Positions 62,048-64,000 of a DNA stretch of 64,000 nt are shown piece after piece. The notes beneath the pieces were generated by a model. The model saw nothing but the letters and a program-made list of their open reading frames with translations, ran no database searches and was not told where the DNA came from. Position numbers and translations under genes: made by a program. The stretch lies in assembly GCA_965207075.1 (NCBI GenBank), contig CBDBLO010000002.1, positions 1,760,001-1,824,000 on the forward strand, given 5' to 3'. How positions within the stretch are numbered: the stretch's first letter is position 1; every line of letters starts with the position of its first letter. The DNA is from Nitrosopumilus sp. Lineage in GTDB: Archaea > Thermoproteota > Nitrososphaeria > Nitrososphaerales > Nitrosopumilaceae.

Positions 62048-64000
62048 TCATCCGTAGCCGATCGTAAGTGTCCAGCTGTTCAGGGTGCCCTCGTCTCCGT
62101 CGTAATTGTCGTGAAGGCGTAGCATCCATGTTCCGCTGATCTCGGTTCCGCCAAAGTCTACCTCATAGGTCTCGGTTATGTCGTCGGAGGATCGGCCGGC
62201 GCGGTCGTGCAGCGTCATGGTGGTGCCGTCGGGCGCCACGAGCTGCACCAGAAGGTCGCCGATGTGTTCGTGCTCGATGTCCACGGACACGGACACGGAC
62301 GAGGCGGTGCCTGAGTCGGTGACGGTAATCGTGTCAGTCGTGTACGCGTCGTACGGCACGTGCAGGGACGGCGAGCTGGTACGCGTGAACGTTTTGGATC
62401 CAGACGGGGCGGTGACAGTGTAGGACTGGTCGTCGCCTGTCGGGGCAAGGCCCGACAGCGCTTGGCCGGAACCGTCCACGATGTCGTTGTCCTGCGCGAC
62501 GTCCAGGTTGTACGCGCCCGCCTGCGGCGACGCGACGGTGACATAGTACTGGCTGCCCGAGCCGGTCACGGAAATCTCAGGGTCGACACCCACCCCGAGC
62601 GTCAGGTTCCAGCTGTTCAGGGTGCCCTCGTCTCCGTCGTAGTTGTCGTGGAGGCGCATAGTCCAGTTCCCGCTGATCTCGGTTCCGCCAAAGTCTACCT
62701 CGTAGGTCTCGGTTATGTCGTCGGAGGATCGGCCGGCGCGGTCGTGCAGCGTCATGGTGGTGCCGTCGGGCGCCACGAGCTGCACCAGAAGGTCGCCGAT
62801 GTGTTCGTGCTCGATGTCCACGGACACGGACACGGACGAGGCGGTGCCTGAGTCGGTGACGGTAATCGTGTCAGTCGTGTACGCGTCGTACGGCACGTGC
62901 AGGGACGGCGAGCTGGAGTATGCGTGAACTAGATGATTGGCGCCCGGACTGCCCGGGGCAAGCTCAAAGTCGCCCGCGTCCACGCCTGTCACGGCCTCGC
63001 TGAACGTCACGTTGAACACGAGCATGCCGCTGTCGGTGGTGGCGACGGTGGGGTCGTGCCTCGTGATGGATTCCACATATGGCGGCGGATCCGACACGAT
63101 GACCGTCCGGGTCACCTGGGCGGCGGATCTGTTGGAGGCAGACGAGCAGTCGTACGTTATGGTGTACGTGTCGGCGACATCCGTGTCTACGGGGTTTGCC
63201 GTGACCAGCCTGGACGAGATGTCGTTGCCGTTGCCGTCATCGCACGTGGCGCCGTCGTCTGCGTACGCGGAACCGGTTGGCACGTGTACAGTCGGCGGCC
63301 CGGTCAGCGTGACAACCGGCAGGACCGAGGTGGTGACAGTATAGGACTGGTCGTCGCCTGTCGGGGCAAGGCCCGACAGCGCTTGGCCGGAACCGTCCAC
63401 GATGTCGTTGTCCTGCGCGACGTCCAGGTTGTACGCGCCTGCCTGCGGCGACGCGACGGTGACATAGTACTGGCTGCCCGAGCCGGTCACGGAAATCTCC
63501 GGATCTGCGTCCACCCCGAGCGTCAGGTTCCAGCTGTTCAGGGTGCCTTCGTCCGCGTCGTAGTTGTCGTGGAGGCGCATCGTCCAGTTCCCGCTGATCT
63601 CGGCGCCATCAAAGTCAACCTCGTAGGTCTCGGTTATGTCGTCGTCGCTGCCGCCGGTGTGGTCGTGCAGCGTCCGGGCGGTGCCGTCGGGCGCCACGAG
63701 CTGCACCAAGAGGTCGCCGATGTATTCGTGCTCGATGTCCACGGACACGGACACGGACGAGGCCGCGCCGGAGTCGGTGACGGTAATCGTGTCATTCCTG
63801 TATACGTCGTACGGCACGTACAGGGACGGCGAGCTGGAGTATTCGTATCTCAGGATGTTTGGACTGCCGGGGTCAAGCTCAAAGTCGCCCGCGTCCACGC
63901 CGGTCACGGCCTTGCTGAACGTCACGTTGAACACGAGCGTGCCGCTGTCGGTGGTGACGACGACGGGGTCATGTCTGGTGATGGATACCACGGAGGGCGG
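62048..64000 (-). CDS. Surface protein with three proprotein-convertase P-domains and Ig-like domains (5'-truncated)
   Basis: 3x VSVDIEHE.IGDLLVQLVAPDGT...GNWTMRLHDN..DEGTLNSW.L; one PVVTLTG..Y.DDGATC.D Ig-like domain. Confidence 0.88.
   Translation of the reverse strand, partial: PPSVVSITRHDPVVVTTDSGTLVFNVTFSKAVTGVDAGDFELDPGSPNILRYEYSSSPSLYVPYDVYRNDTITVTDSGAASSVSVSVDIEHEYIGDLLVQLVAPDGTARTLHDHTGGSDDDITETYEVDFDGAEISGNWTMRLHDNYDADEGTLNSWNLTLGVDADPEISVTGSGSQYYVTVASPQAGAYNLDVAQDNDIVDGSGQALSGLAPTGDDQSYTVTTSVLPVVTLTGPPTVHVPTGSAYADDGATCDDGNGNDISSRLVTANPVDTDVADTYTITYDCSSASNRSAAQVTRTVIVSDPPPYVESITRHDPTVATTDSGMLVFNVTFSEAVTGVDAGDFELAPGSPGANHLVHAYSSSPSLHVPYDAYTTDTITVTDSGTASSVSVSVDIEHEHIGDLLVQLVAPDGTTMTLHDRAGRSSDDITETYEVDFGGTEISGNWTMRLHDNYDGDEGTLNSWNLTLGVGVDPEISVTGSGSQYYVTVASPQAGAYNLDVAQDNDIVDGSGQALSGLAPTGDDQSYTVTAPSGSKTFTRTSSPSLHVPYDAYTTDTITVTDSGTASSVSVSVDIEHEHIGDLLVQLVAPDGTTMTLHDRAGRSSDDITETYEVDFGGTEISGTWMLRLHDNYDGDEGTLNSWTLTIGYG

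Overview
Archaeal window, most consistent with a high-GC Nitrososphaerota (Nitrosopumilaceae-like, possibly host-associated) genome. The assignment is inferred from the gene set and from repeated 'PxWIKxNAGWWAEGxIxDxxF' surface modules. Bases 1-~24,000 form an accessory island in two parts. Part (i), 1-10.7 kb, is a lower-GC defence block. It has DNA phosphorothioation genes dndD-dndE-dndA (archaeal dndCDEA order) and a tandem-repeat winged-helix protein. These converge on ParB / ParB-HTH / beta-CASP nuclease genes and an SNF2 helicase with a partner gene, and the block ends in a very AT-rich HEPN-motif gene. Part (ii), 10.7-24 kb, looks like an integrated conjugative element. It encodes a large surface protein, an HNH nuclease, an AbrB regulator, a VirD4/HerA-like ATPase fused to a wHTH plus PD-(D/E)xK module, an actin-like ParM and what reads as a circularly permuted VirB2/TrbC pilin. 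It also contains a non-coding region rich in hairpins and iterons and an 8x33-bp palindromic array. Bases 24-64 kb are mostly housekeeping: hemB, hemA, sirC, ahbAB, purF/L/Q/S, tatC/A, ubiX, metG, ahcY, nadE, cysS, tRNA-Thr, pdaD and pepF. This part also holds a second, frameshifted copy of the island's RelE toxin-antitoxin cassette, several tandem repeats and a P-domain repeat surface protein. All calls come from motif recognition by eye. No database searches were run, and some start codons are estimates.
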